Positions 1 to 7,813 of a stretch of 26,352 bases of DNA are shown here, piece by piece. Where the stretch lies: positions 1-26,352 of the IMG/VR virus record IMGVR_UViG_3300025072_000041, one strand, 5' to 3'. Within the stretch, counting starts at the first letter, position 1. The number at the start of each line of letters is the position of its first letter. The translations under genes were made by a program, and so were the position numbers. Source of the stretch: a virus (lineage: Duplodnaviria; Caudoviricetes). Under the pieces are notes generated by a model. It was not told the DNA's origin. It searched no databases and saw nothing but the letters and a program-made list of their open reading frames with translations.

Positions 1-20
1 TTCTTCTGTTTAATAGTCAT
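1..20 (-). CDS. 5' fragment of a gene running off the left edge (MTIKQK...)
   Basis: Minus-strand ATG at 20 preceded by GGAG SD and by the promoter at 67-95. Confidence 0.6.
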
Positions 21-66
21 AATATATTACTCCAATCTTAGTTAAAACGAGTTAATGAAGAATTTA

Positions 67-95
67 ATTATACACTACTGCCGCAAAAATAGCAA
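67..95 (-). promoter_or_regulatory. sigma70-type promoter driving leftward genes
   Basis: Minus strand TTGCTA (95-90), 17-nt spacer, TATAAT (72-67); intergenic. Confidence 0.7.
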
Positions 96-169
96 TACAA
101 AAATAACATAATCTTCATATAATTTATGCATAGCTGCTATTCCTTTTCTCACTACTCTAATTGTTAAGC

Positions 170-478
170 TTATGTACTCCATGGTCCTATCACTTTCATG
201 CGTTGGGCAATCAACCATTCCCCGCCTTGGTTAGAGGGGCGTTTAAATGTAGTGTAGTTCTCTATCTCTACCTCGAACCAAACCCTGTTACCGCCTTGTT
301 TCAAGTGAGGAGCGTTAGGTTCTCTTCCACAATGCCACCCTGGACGATTAGCGAACCCTTTAGTAGGTATGTCCTCCGCCTCCAGCCATTCCCCTATGGG
401 AACACGTTGTTTAGCACCTATGAACAAGGGACCAATAGAGCCGTCCTTACGTTGTTTGAATAGCTTGTAGGCTCTCAT
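170..478 (-). CDS. hypothetical phage protein (102 aa)
   Basis: GAGG SD, ATGA overlap with the upstream mini-ORF, protein-like motifs RPGWHC and QGGEWLIA. Confidence 0.8.
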   Translation of the reverse strand: MRAYKLFKQRKDGSIGPLFIGAKQRVPIGEWLEAEDIPTKGFANRPGWHCGREPNAPHLKQGGNRVWFEVEIENYTTFKRPSNQGGEWLIAQRMKVIGPWST

Positions 479-621
479 AATGACACCTCTATCCAGTTAA
501 CTCTATCCCTACGCCTAAGCTTCTTGCGTATCTTTAGCAATCTAATCCCCGCAACTACAATTGTAGTTACTTTAAAACGCTGACCTCTATTATATTCGAT
601 ATATCGCCTGAATAAAAACAT
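475..621 (-). CDS. small basic hypothetical protein, 48 aa (MFLFRRYIEYNRGQRFKVTTIVVAGIRLLKIRKKLRRRDRVNWIEVSL), not in ORF track
   Basis: AAGGAG SD before ATG 621; its TGA overlaps the next ATG (ATGA); fills the gap exactly. Confidence 0.7.
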   Translation of the reverse strand: MFLFRRYIEYNRGQRFKVTTIVVAGIRLLKIRKKLRRRDRVNWIEVSL

Positions 622-638
622 TGTTCTAATCTCCTTTA

Positions 639-1256
639 TTAGTGTTTCCTATAGGCTACATTCTTGACCTGTTTAGACCAACATGCACGACATTGGTCAC
701 ATTTACCGCCTTGTTGAGGTGCTGGACACTCATGCCCTATAGCTTCCCCCACCTTGTCAAATACAGTAGACGTATTGAGTCCATTAGGGGCGATACCGTT
801 AACCTTAGAACCACTCAGGCGAACCACTAGGTTATCCGGCAATTCAACCCCTTTGAGCATATCGCGTTCCTGAGTAGGTAACCAGTGGTTGACCTGAGGT
901 GTTAACCTAGCGACACGTACAATGGCCATTAGCATCTTTTTAGACTGTAAATCACCACTATCAAACCAGCGATGGTAACTTGTCCCGTTACGTTCTATTT
1001 GAAATACCATTGCCTGAACCCATTGTTCCGTCCTGGCTCTATTCCACTTCTCCAGATTAGCTTTCCATCCTTTGTCTACACTAGGGCGCAGTTTCTGCAG
1101 TTTCCTAGCGTAGCATTGATTGCATGGAGTACCTTTAACCATGGCAAGCTTTGAACCTGTTTTACAAGCGAATGCGTCAATGGCGTAGCTTGTCCCTGGC
1201 ATTTTAGAATTACCCTTGGATACTTTACCGAATTCAATTGCTTCTTTAACTAACAT
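639..1256 (-). CDS. GP88-family (gene product 88-like) Cys-rich protein
   Basis: Motifs SKMP, C..CxxCYA, RWFDSGD, HWLPT, PDNLVVRLS, CPA..CxxCxxCW typical of the phage GP88 family; ATG 1256 has an AAGGTG SD, preferred over GTG 1265. Confidence 0.75.
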   Translation of the reverse strand: MLVKEAIEFGKVSKGNSKMPGTSYAIDAFACKTGSKLAMVKGTPCNQCYARKLQKLRPSVDKGWKANLEKWNRARTEQWVQAMVFQIERNGTSYHRWFDSGDLQSKKMLMAIVRVARLTPQVNHWLPTQERDMLKGVELPDNLVVRLSGSKVNGIAPNGLNTSTVFDKVGEAIGHECPAPQQGGKCDQCRACWSKQVKNVAYRKH

Positions 1257-1521
1257 TGGTTTCACCTTTCGCTTTTTCCCATATATCCATTAATACGTTA
1301 TCGACATTATCCTTACCCCAACGATTATATATAACCCTTAGGAAACTATGGCTTTGTCCGTAAACAGGGTGCATATATTGTCCCCATCCGTTAGGTGTCC
1401 CATTAATTAAGTCGACGTATTCTTGGCAATCTCTATTCATATCCATTGTACTATACCCTTCCTTTGTTGCATTATTCATGCATATTTTAACAAGCTTATC
1501 TCTATACCTATTGCGTATCAT
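1246..1521 (-). CDS. hypothetical phage protein
   Basis: ORF overlapping the GP88 start; ATG 1521 after AAAGAG (track uses TTG 1527). Confidence 0.7.
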   Translation of the reverse strand: MIRNRYRDKLVKICMNNATKEGYSTMDMNRDCQEYVDLINGTPNGWGQYMHPVYGQSHSFLRVIYNRWGKDNVDNVLMDIWEKAKGETNVS

Positions 1522-1542
1522 TGTCAATACTCTTTGTATTGT

Positions 1543-1603
1543 TAACCTGCTTAGATCTTCACTGGATTTCTTATGTGTTACCAGTGAAGTGCTAAAGAGG
1601 TTA
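1543..1603 (-). other. intergenic RNA hairpin 1 (RNase III-site-like)
   Basis: CUUCACUGG/CCAGUGAAG stem plus outer UUAG/CUAA and UAACCU/AGGUUA pairs; begins at the stop codon of 1601-1753. Confidence 0.65.
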
Positions 1604-1753
1604 GTCTTTATCTAGCTTAACACCATCAGGCAATTGATTTCCTAAAGTATCCAATAGATCATTAACTTGTTCGAGAATACTATCAATATCATTATCGTCT
1701 ACCTGATTAAACTTTTCCTCAGTTAATTTAAACCGTACATTCATTAAAAGCAT
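1601..1753 (-). CDS. small acidic hypothetical protein, 50 aa (MLLMNVRFKLTEEKFNQVDDNDIDSILEQVNDLLDTLGNQLPDGVKLDKD), not in ORF track
   Basis: AAGGAG SD before ATG 1753, TAA at 1601-1603. Confidence 0.75.
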   Translation of the reverse strand: MLLMNVRFKLTEEKFNQVDDNDIDSILEQVNDLLDTLGNQLPDGVKLDKD

Positions 1754-1783
1754 AATATGTCACTCCTTTAGTTGGTTGGTTGG

Positions 1784-1843
1784 TAGTCTGCTTAGGTCTC
1801 CACTAGCAATCTTGTGATCACTAGTGGAATCCAAAGGAGGCTA
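1784..1843 (-). other. intergenic RNA hairpin 2, homologous to hairpin 1
   Basis: UCCACUAGUGAUC-ACAA-GAUUGCUAGUGGA 13-bp stem with two G-U pairs on the - strand; same flanks CCUC...CUAAGCAG. Confidence 0.7.
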
Positions 1844-2038
1844 TCCTAACGATACTTTAACCGGATTGCGTAACTTAAGGTCATTCAATAAATCTTCCGC
1901 CTCTTCAAAGCTTGGTTTGTCCCAAAAACCACTATCAATATATAGATCATTGAATTTAACTAGTAGCGCCTCTTCATCTCCATAGGTGCCATGCTCATAG
2001 AATGACAAACCGCCTTGGCTGAATAAATATGTATGCAT
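1841..2038 (-). CDS. hypothetical acidic phage protein (65 aa), first gene of the leftward arm
   Basis: GAGAGG SD upstream of ATG; followed by hairpin 2. Confidence 0.7.
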   Translation of the reverse strand: MHTYLFSQGGLSFYEHGTYGDEEALLVKFNDLYIDSGFWDKPSFEEAEDLLNDLKLRNPVKVSLG

Positions 2039-2208
2039 AGGTAAAACCCTCTCAATTGGTTAATTTGATCTTAGGACTATAGCAGCACCTCAATATCATT
2101 ATCAATAGTTAAAGCATGTTTAGCTATATTACTATTGAATAACAGGATTGCCCTTATGTTATACCTTATCGTGCTATACAATATATATATACATCCCTGC
2201 AGTGTGTC

Positions 2209-2245
2209 CCTGAGATGACCTGAGATGACCTGAGATGACCTGAGA
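2209..2245. repeat. 10-bp tandem repeat CCTGAGATGA x3.7
   Basis: Directly visible. Confidence 0.95.
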
Positions 2246-2286
2246 ATAACCATACTCATGCATACTTTCTCCTCAAGTTCTCCCCA

Positions 2287-2302
2287 TGCAATCCACATGC
2301 CA
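2287..2302 (-). promoter_or_regulatory. sigma54 (RpoN) -24/-12 consensus box
   Basis: Minus strand TGGCAT-GTGGA-TTGCA; faces the early genes. Confidence 0.55.
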
Positions 2303-2362
2303 CTCCTTAGGTCTACCTATGCAACCACTGCATACCTGCCATGCACCTAAGGAGTACCTAGG

Positions 2363-2378
2363 TGGCACCAATGTTGCA
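2363..2378 (+). promoter_or_regulatory. sigma54 (RpoN) -24/-12 consensus box
   Basis: TGGCAC-CAATG-TTGCA. Confidence 0.55.
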
Positions 2379-2382
2379 CCTA

Positions 2383-2398
2383 TGCAATAACCATGCCA
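2383..2398 (-). promoter_or_regulatory. sigma54 (RpoN) -24/-12 consensus box
   Basis: Minus strand (T)TGGCAT-GGTTA-TTGCA. Confidence 0.55.
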
Positions 2399-2404
2399 AG
2401 TTCT

Positions 2405-2514
2405 ACCTATGTAACTACCTATGTAGTTACTTAGGACACCTATGTTGACCTATGTAACTACCTATGTAGTTACTTAGGACACCTATGTTGACCTATGTAA
2501 CTACCTATGTAGTT
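2405..2514. repeat. 43-bp tandem repeat x2.5 built from ACCTATGT subunits
   Basis: ACCTATGTAACTACCTATGTAGTTACTTAGGACACCTATGTTG starts at 2405, 2448 and 2491 (partial). Confidence 0.95.
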
Positions 2515-2590
2515 GTGGGGGGGGACCCCTGGAGCCTAAGGATAATTATTGTAATACACTCAGGATCACATGGGAAGCAATTTGGACTCC

Positions 2591-2636
2591 CTAGGTCTAC
2601 TTAGGTCTACTTAGGTCTACTTAGGTCAACATAGGT
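2591..2636. repeat. 10-bp tandem repeat TAGGTCTACT x3.6, ending in GTCAACATAGGT
   Basis: Directly visible; the terminal 12-mer is the reverse complement of ACCTATGTTGAC in the 43-bp repeat. Confidence 0.95.
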
Positions 2637-2719
2637 AATTATGCCTATAATTTAGGCAGATAAGTTATCTATTTGTTATCCCTAAAGTAACAAAAGTGGT
2701 ACTAATGTGAAGATAAAGC

Positions 2720-2747
2720 TTGACAAGTGGATATTTGCGGGTATACC
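2720..2747 (+). promoter_or_regulatory. possible sigma70 promoter
   Basis: TTGACA, 16-nt spacer, TATACC (imperfect -10). Confidence 0.4.
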
Positions 2748-2798
2748 TAAGGAGTACCTAAGGAATAATAAAAGAAGAATAAAGATATACTTTAAGGG

Positions 2799-2827
2799 TT
2801 GACTTTTGGTGCTAAATATGCTATAAT
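2799..2827 (+). promoter_or_regulatory. strong sigma70 promoter for the morphogenesis arm
   Basis: TTGACT, 17-nt spacer, extended -10 TGcTATAAT. Confidence 0.85.
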
Positions 2828-3079
2828 AGGTGTATACCGTAAGCTACACTACTTAAGCAACAAGTACTCTACATGAGGGGTAATCATTTTGTTAAAACCA
2901 TTAAGTTATTAACTCATGAAAAACACTTACTCCTTAAATAAATTCATTAAGTTAAATACCTTAAATCTCCCTTAATTCTACTTCACACCTTGCTCCTAAG
3001 GACTACTTAAGTAGACCTATCTGAAGAGTAATAGTGTTGTGTCTTTTTTATTAAGGTAAAAGTTTAAAGGAATATATTT

Positions 3080-3463
3080 ATGTCTACTACTAAAGACGAC
3101 TCGACACTACCTACGAAAAAGAGACCTCCGGGGAATCCTAATTTCTATAAAGGTATGCCCCCTATGAATCCCGAAGGCAGGAAGAAGGGTTCTGTAAATA
3201 AATACACTAAGTTGTCCAGAAAGTTAATGTCGGACAGGGGTCCTGAGATTGTCAATAAAGTTATTGAGATGGCACTTGAGGGTGATCGACATTGTTTAAA
3301 GATGTGTCTAGACAGAATTATTCCGACTTCCAAGGCAGTTGAGATTACCCATGACCACCAGGACCTAGGTATTAATATCATAGTTGAAGGTGTTAAGGCC
3401 ATAGAGAAGAAGGAAGAGGAAGAGTTTAAGATCATTGAGGGCGAAGTCCTAGACAATGGCTGA
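3080..3463 (+). CDS. terS: terminase small subunit
   Basis: N-terminal FxKG..NPEGRKKGSVNK motif, ALEGD..CLKMCLDRI helix; overlaps terL; AAGGA SD. Confidence 0.8.
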   Translation: MSTTKDDSTLPTKKRPPGNPNFYKGMPPMNPEGRKKGSVNKYTKLSRKLMSDRGPEIVNKVIEMALEGDRHCLKMCLDRIIPTSKAVEITHDHQDLGINIIVEGVKAIEKKEEEEFKIIEGEVLDNG

Positions 3464-4730
3464 TCTTAAAGTCTCACTTCATGAGGCACAAATGGAGATA
3501 TTTAAGTCTCCAAAGAGGTTCAAAGTGGCCTCATGTGGTCGTAGGTTCGGTAAGTCCTACTTAGCGGCATGGGTCCTAATAATCAAGGCCCTACAGTCAA
3601 CAGATAAGGACGTATTTTATGTTGCCCCTACATTCCAACAGGCCAAGGACATCCTTTGGTCCATCCTTAAGACGGTTGGTAAGGACGTAATTAAGTCGGC
3701 ACATGAGAATACTGCAACACTTACTCTGATTAATGATAGGAAGATATACTTAAAGGGGTCAGACAGGCCAGATACGTTACGAGGTGTAGGTCTTAGTTAT
3801 GTCGTAATGGATGAATATGCCTCAATGAAGCCTGAGGTCTGGGAGATGATCCTTAGGCCCACTCTGGCTGACGTTAAGGGTGAGGCTTTATTCATAGGGA
3901 CTCCTGCAGGTAAGAACCACTTTTGGCAACTTTGGGTTGACGCACAGAAGGAAGAGAATGCAGAGGAGTGGGAAGCATTTCAGTTCAATTCGACGGACAA
4001 TACCTTTCTGGACCCAAAGGAGATCGAAGCAGCAAAGAAGAATATGTCTACCCAAGCCTTCAGACAAGAGTTTGAGGCAACATTTGAGTCCTTCACAGGA
4101 GGAGTCTTTAGGGAAGAATGGGTTAGATACGTAGACGAAGATAATTTTGATGACGTAAAGACCCAAGGGCATTATGTCATCTCAGTCGATCCGGCGGGTT
4201 ATGAGAAGGCCAATAAGGACAGAGGTCTAAAGAGTTCTAAGCTGGACGAAACTGCAATAAGTGTAGTTAAGATAGTCCAAGACGAATGGTTAGTCAAAGA
4301 TATACATCATGGTAGATGGGGTATTAAGGAGACAGCCAGTAAGATTTTGGACATTGCGGAGGACGTAAAAGCCACTACGGTAGGGATTGAGTCAGGCGCT
4401 CTTAAGAACGCCATTATGCCCTACATAGAGGACGAGATGAGAATACGTGGTAGGTGGGTCAATATTACTGACGTTAGCCACGGTGGTAAGAAGAAGCAGG
4501 ACAGGATAGTATGGGCGCTACAGGGGCGTATGGAACACGGTAAGATCAAGTTCCGTAAGGCAGATTGGAACCATCACTTTGTTTCACAAATGCTTGACTT
4601 TCCTTCACCTTTGGCCCATGATGACTTACTTGACTCACTGGCCTACATAGACCAAGTTTCAGTAGCGGATTTCGCTACATCAATAGATTTAGAGGAATGG
4701 GAACCAATGGACACCGTATCGGGGTATTAA
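3456..4730 (+). CDS. terL: terminase large subunit
   Basis: Walker A GRRFGKS, YVAPT, LRG..VVMDE Walker B, FIGTP, nuclease VDPAG and HDDLLD. Confidence 0.97.
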   Translation: MADLKVSLHEAQMEIFKSPKRFKVASCGRRFGKSYLAAWVLIIKALQSTDKDVFYVAPTFQQAKDILWSILKTVGKDVIKSAHENTATLTLINDRKIYLKGSDRPDTLRGVGLSYVVMDEYASMKPEVWEMILRPTLADVKGEALFIGTPAGKNHFWQLWVDAQKEENAEEWEAFQFNSTDNTFLDPKEIEAAKKNMSTQAFRQEFEATFESFTGGVFREEWVRYVDEDNFDDVKTQGHYVISVDPAGYEKANKDRGLKSSKLDETAISVVKIVQDEWLVKDIHHGRWGIKETASKILDIAEDVKATTVGIESGALKNAIMPYIEDEMRIRGRWVNITDVSHGGKKKQDRIVWALQGRMEHGKIKFRKADWNHHFVSQMLDFPSPLAHDDLLDSLAYIDQVSVADFATSIDLEEWEPMDTVSGY

Positions 4731-4735
4731 TTTAA

Positions 4736-6700
4736 ATGAGTTCAAACAATAAAGACTTAGCATACAATGACCCTCAGGCCTCACTCGCTTCTTGGGTTGT
4801 CGATAGAGTTACTCAGTGGGAAGACCACCGGAATACGAATTACCGTGACAGTTGGGACGAATACTATCGTATCTGGCGTGGTATCTGGGCGCATGAGGAT
4901 AAACAACATAACTCAGAGAAGTCCAAACTTATTGCCCCTGCGACACAGCAAGCTATTGAGGCCATTGTGGCTGAACTAGAGGAAGCTGTATTTGGCAGGG
5001 AACAGTGGTTTGACCTAAGGGACGATATTAATGATCAGGATCAGACTGACGTTAAGGTAGTCAAAAAGAATCTTCAGGAGGACTTGGACAGGGCTAAAGT
5101 TAAGGACGCAGTAGTTGAGTCCATCCTTAATGCAGCCATCTTTGGTACAGGTATAGCTAAGATTAGAGTGGATGAAGAGACAGTAAAGAGTGCCAAGGAG
5201 TCTCCCATCCCCAATACACTCACTACGGACACTGTGGTGTATGAGGAAGACAAAGTTACGGTCAGAGTTGAGTCCCTAACACCTAAAGAGTTCGCCATAG
5301 ACCCTACGGCTACATGTATTGATGAAGCCCTAGGCGTTGCCCAGGTAGTCATCAAGCCTAAGTACGAGATTATAGAGGGTATCAGAGAAGGTATCTATGA
5401 GGACAAACCTATAGGCAGTTATGATACAGCCGACATGGGCTTTGATGAGGAGACTAACTCTCAGGAGACCGATGACGATAAGGTTAAGATTACGGAGTAC
5501 TGGGGGAGAGTCCCTAAGAAGTTCCTTGATGCCTCTAAGTCCACGACTGGAGATAGTTTTGATTACGATGATGATGAATTAGTCGAAGCAGTAGTTATTA
5601 TTGCCAACGACTACGCCGTCTTGAAGGCTTCTGAGAACCCGTATCTAATGGGAGATCGTCCATTTATGGCCTTCCAATTGGATCGTGTCCCCAATAAGTT
5701 TTGGGGCAGAGGTGTCGCAGAGAAGGGATACAATCCACAGAAGGCTTTGGACGCTGAATTAAGGGCGCGTATTGACGGTATGGCTCTTACTGTCCATCCT
5801 ATGATGGGTGTTGACGCCACTAGATTACCAAGAGGTGTTAAGTTTGAAGTCAAGGCGGGTAAGACTATCTTGACCAATGGTGACCCAAGGCAAACCTTAA
5901 TGCCTATAAACTTTGGTCAAATAGCACAGTCCACCTTTACTGAGGCCAGTGAGATGGAACGTATGGTTCAGATGGGTACTGGTGCTATGGACAGTGCCAC
6001 AAGTAACTTTACGAACCCACGTAACTCCACGGCAAGTGGGATGTCGATGCTTCAGGCAGCGTCCATTAAGCGCCAGAAGCGTACCATTATGAACTTCCAA
6101 GAGAACTTCTTAATCCCCATGATTAATAAGGCCGCTTGGAGATACATACAGTTTGATCCCTCCAGGTATCCCACAGGGGACTATAAATTCATTGCCTACT
6201 CCAGTATGGGTATTATGGCTAAGGAACTAGAGATGACTCAGATGATCCAGTTGTTGTCCATGACACAACAAGGGACACCTGCATTTGGTATTCTCCTTCT
6301 GTCCATCTTTGAGAACAGTTCCTTAAGTAACAGGGACGAACTTAAACAAGCCGTTATGCAATCTCTACAACCTGATCCAAAACAAGCACAGGTTCAGGAG
6401 ATGGCACAGCAGTTGGAACTCATGAAGCTCCAAATGGAAATTGAAGAGATGAAGGCAGGTATTGCTAAGGAGATGGCTCAAGCAGCGAAGATACAGTCTG
6501 AGACCCAAGGTAATCACCCAGAGATTAAGATGGCTGAAGTCCAAATGGACCTTGCCGAAAAGATGGCGAGGATTGAGAAACTTAAGATGGATACACAGAA
6601 CGTACAGTCCGAAACGTACCGTAATGTCCCTGAGGTTGATCATCTAAGGTCAGAGACAATCCTTAATCTAGCTAAGGCACGTATGGAACGGTCTAGATGA
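4736..6700 (+). CDS. portal protein with long C-terminal Q/E/M-rich coiled coil
   Basis: Follows terL; motifs AAIFGTGIAKI, EYWG, FWGRGV, TASGMSML. Confidence 0.9.
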   Translation: MSSNNKDLAYNDPQASLASWVVDRVTQWEDHRNTNYRDSWDEYYRIWRGIWAHEDKQHNSEKSKLIAPATQQAIEAIVAELEEAVFGREQWFDLRDDINDQDQTDVKVVKKNLQEDLDRAKVKDAVVESILNAAIFGTGIAKIRVDEETVKSAKESPIPNTLTTDTVVYEEDKVTVRVESLTPKEFAIDPTATCIDEALGVAQVVIKPKYEIIEGIREGIYEDKPIGSYDTADMGFDEETNSQETDDDKVKITEYWGRVPKKFLDASKSTTGDSFDYDDDELVEAVVIIANDYAVLKASENPYLMGDRPFMAFQLDRVPNKFWGRGVAEKGYNPQKALDAELRARIDGMALTVHPMMGVDATRLPRGVKFEVKAGKTILTNGDPRQTLMPINFGQIAQSTFTEASEMERMVQMGTGAMDSATSNFTNPRNSTASGMSMLQAASIKRQKRTIMNFQENFLIPMINKAAWRYIQFDPSRYPTGDYKFIAYSSMGIMAKELEMTQMIQLLSMTQQGTPAFGILLLSIFENSSLSNRDELKQAVMQSLQPDPKQAQVQEMAQQLELMKLQMEIEEMKAGIAKEMAQAAKIQSETQGNHPEIKMAEVQMDLAEKMARIEKLKMDTQNVQSETYRNVPEVDHLRSETILNLAKARMERSR

Positions 6701-6927
6701 CGGACCAAGAGTTTTTAGAGAAGCGTCTTGATTTGTTTAATAGTGACGCATGGAGTCTCTTCATGGAAGAGTTAACCACCATGGCAACGTCACTTGAAAA
6801 CATTCAAACCATAGACGACGAGAAGACCCTCTTCCTTAGGAGAGGACAGGTGGAAATCCTTAATATGATAGTTAATCTAGAGGAAACCACTAAATTAGCG
6901 TTGGATCAATTAGAACTTAATGTCTAA
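6697..6927 (+). CDS. small conserved protein between portal and scaffold
   Basis: ATGA overlap; LFNSDAW..LFLRRGQ type helical protein typical of this position. Confidence 0.75.
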   Translation: MTDQEFLEKRLDLFNSDAWSLFMEELTTMATSLENIQTIDDEKTLFLRRGQVEILNMIVNLEETTKLALDQLELNV

Positions 6928-6978
6928 CTCCAGCAAATGTTAACTCCATAATCTTTAATAGGACGGAGGATTAGTAAT

Positions 6979-7785
6979 ATGGATAGTGTAGTTGTTGAAG
7001 AATCAGAAGTAGCCACAGAAAAAAATCAAGAAGTAGAACAGTTTGATGACATTACTGAGCAAGAGGCTCCTGTAGACACAGAACGGGAACAACCTCAAGA
7101 GTCAGAACTACCTGATAAGTTCAAAGGTAAGTCCATGGAGGAAATTGTTTCTTCCTATACTCACTTAGAACAAGAATTAGGTAGGAAGGGTCAAGAAATT
7201 GGAGAACTCAGACAGCTAACTGACGGTATCTTACAACAGCAACTTACCACTCCAACAAACGGTGCGTCTACACAAGAAGTAGAAGAGGTTGATTTCTTTG
7301 ATGACCCTGACCAAGCGGTCAATAGGGCTATTGAGAACCATCCTAAGTTCCGTCAGTTTGAAGAGCAGCAAAGAGCGCATAGCGCCCAAGCTACAACTCA
7401 ACAACTGGAAGCAGAGCATCCTGATTACCTACAGGTCGTAAGTGACCCTAAGTTTCAGGAGTGGGTTCAAGAAAGCCCGATACGCACTCAGTTATATGTT
7501 TCGGCCCATAACTATGATATTAATTCAGCGAGAGAACTTATTGGTAATTGGAAAGAACGCTCACTGATTAGTAACACTAGCGAGGCGGAATATGCAAAAG
7601 CTGAGAAACGAGAACAAGCCCTTAAGGCGGGGAAAGGTGTGTCGAGAACTTCTTCAGAGTCCACAGCCGGTAAGAAAATCTACCGTAGGGCTGATCTAAT
7701 CAGACTCCGAACCAACGATCCTTCTCGTTATGAAAGCCTACAGGATGAAATCCTAGCGGCCTATGCAGACGGAAGGGTTAAATAG
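6979..7785 (+). CDS. capsid scaffolding protein
   Basis: Acidic N-terminus, PDKFKGKS..SYxxLE motif, C-terminal AYADGRVK; GGAGG SD; precedes MCP. Confidence 0.85.
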   Translation: MDSVVVEESEVATEKNQEVEQFDDITEQEAPVDTEREQPQESELPDKFKGKSMEEIVSSYTHLEQELGRKGQEIGELRQLTDGILQQQLTTPTNGASTQEVEEVDFFDDPDQAVNRAIENHPKFRQFEEQQRAHSAQATTQQLEAEHPDYLQVVSDPKFQEWVQESPIRTQLYVSAHNYDINSARELIGNWKERSLISNTSEAEYAKAEKREQALKAGKGVSRTSSESTAGKKIYRRADLIRLRTNDPSRYESLQDEILAAYADGRVK

Positions 7786-7813
7786 AGGCCTATAAAGAAA
7801 AAAGGAGCTAATC

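Noticed and set aside
2102-2138. Third copy of the early-gene hairpin
   Set aside because: A TCAATAGT/ACTATTGA stem exists but lacks the shared flanks, and AT-rich stems arise by chance
2077-2298. 73-aa minus-strand ORF
   Set aside because: Runs through tandem repeats and an AT microsatellite; likely a chance ORF
2405-2514. CRISPR-like array
   Set aside because: Units are contiguous identical tandem copies with no unique spacers, and there are no cas genes
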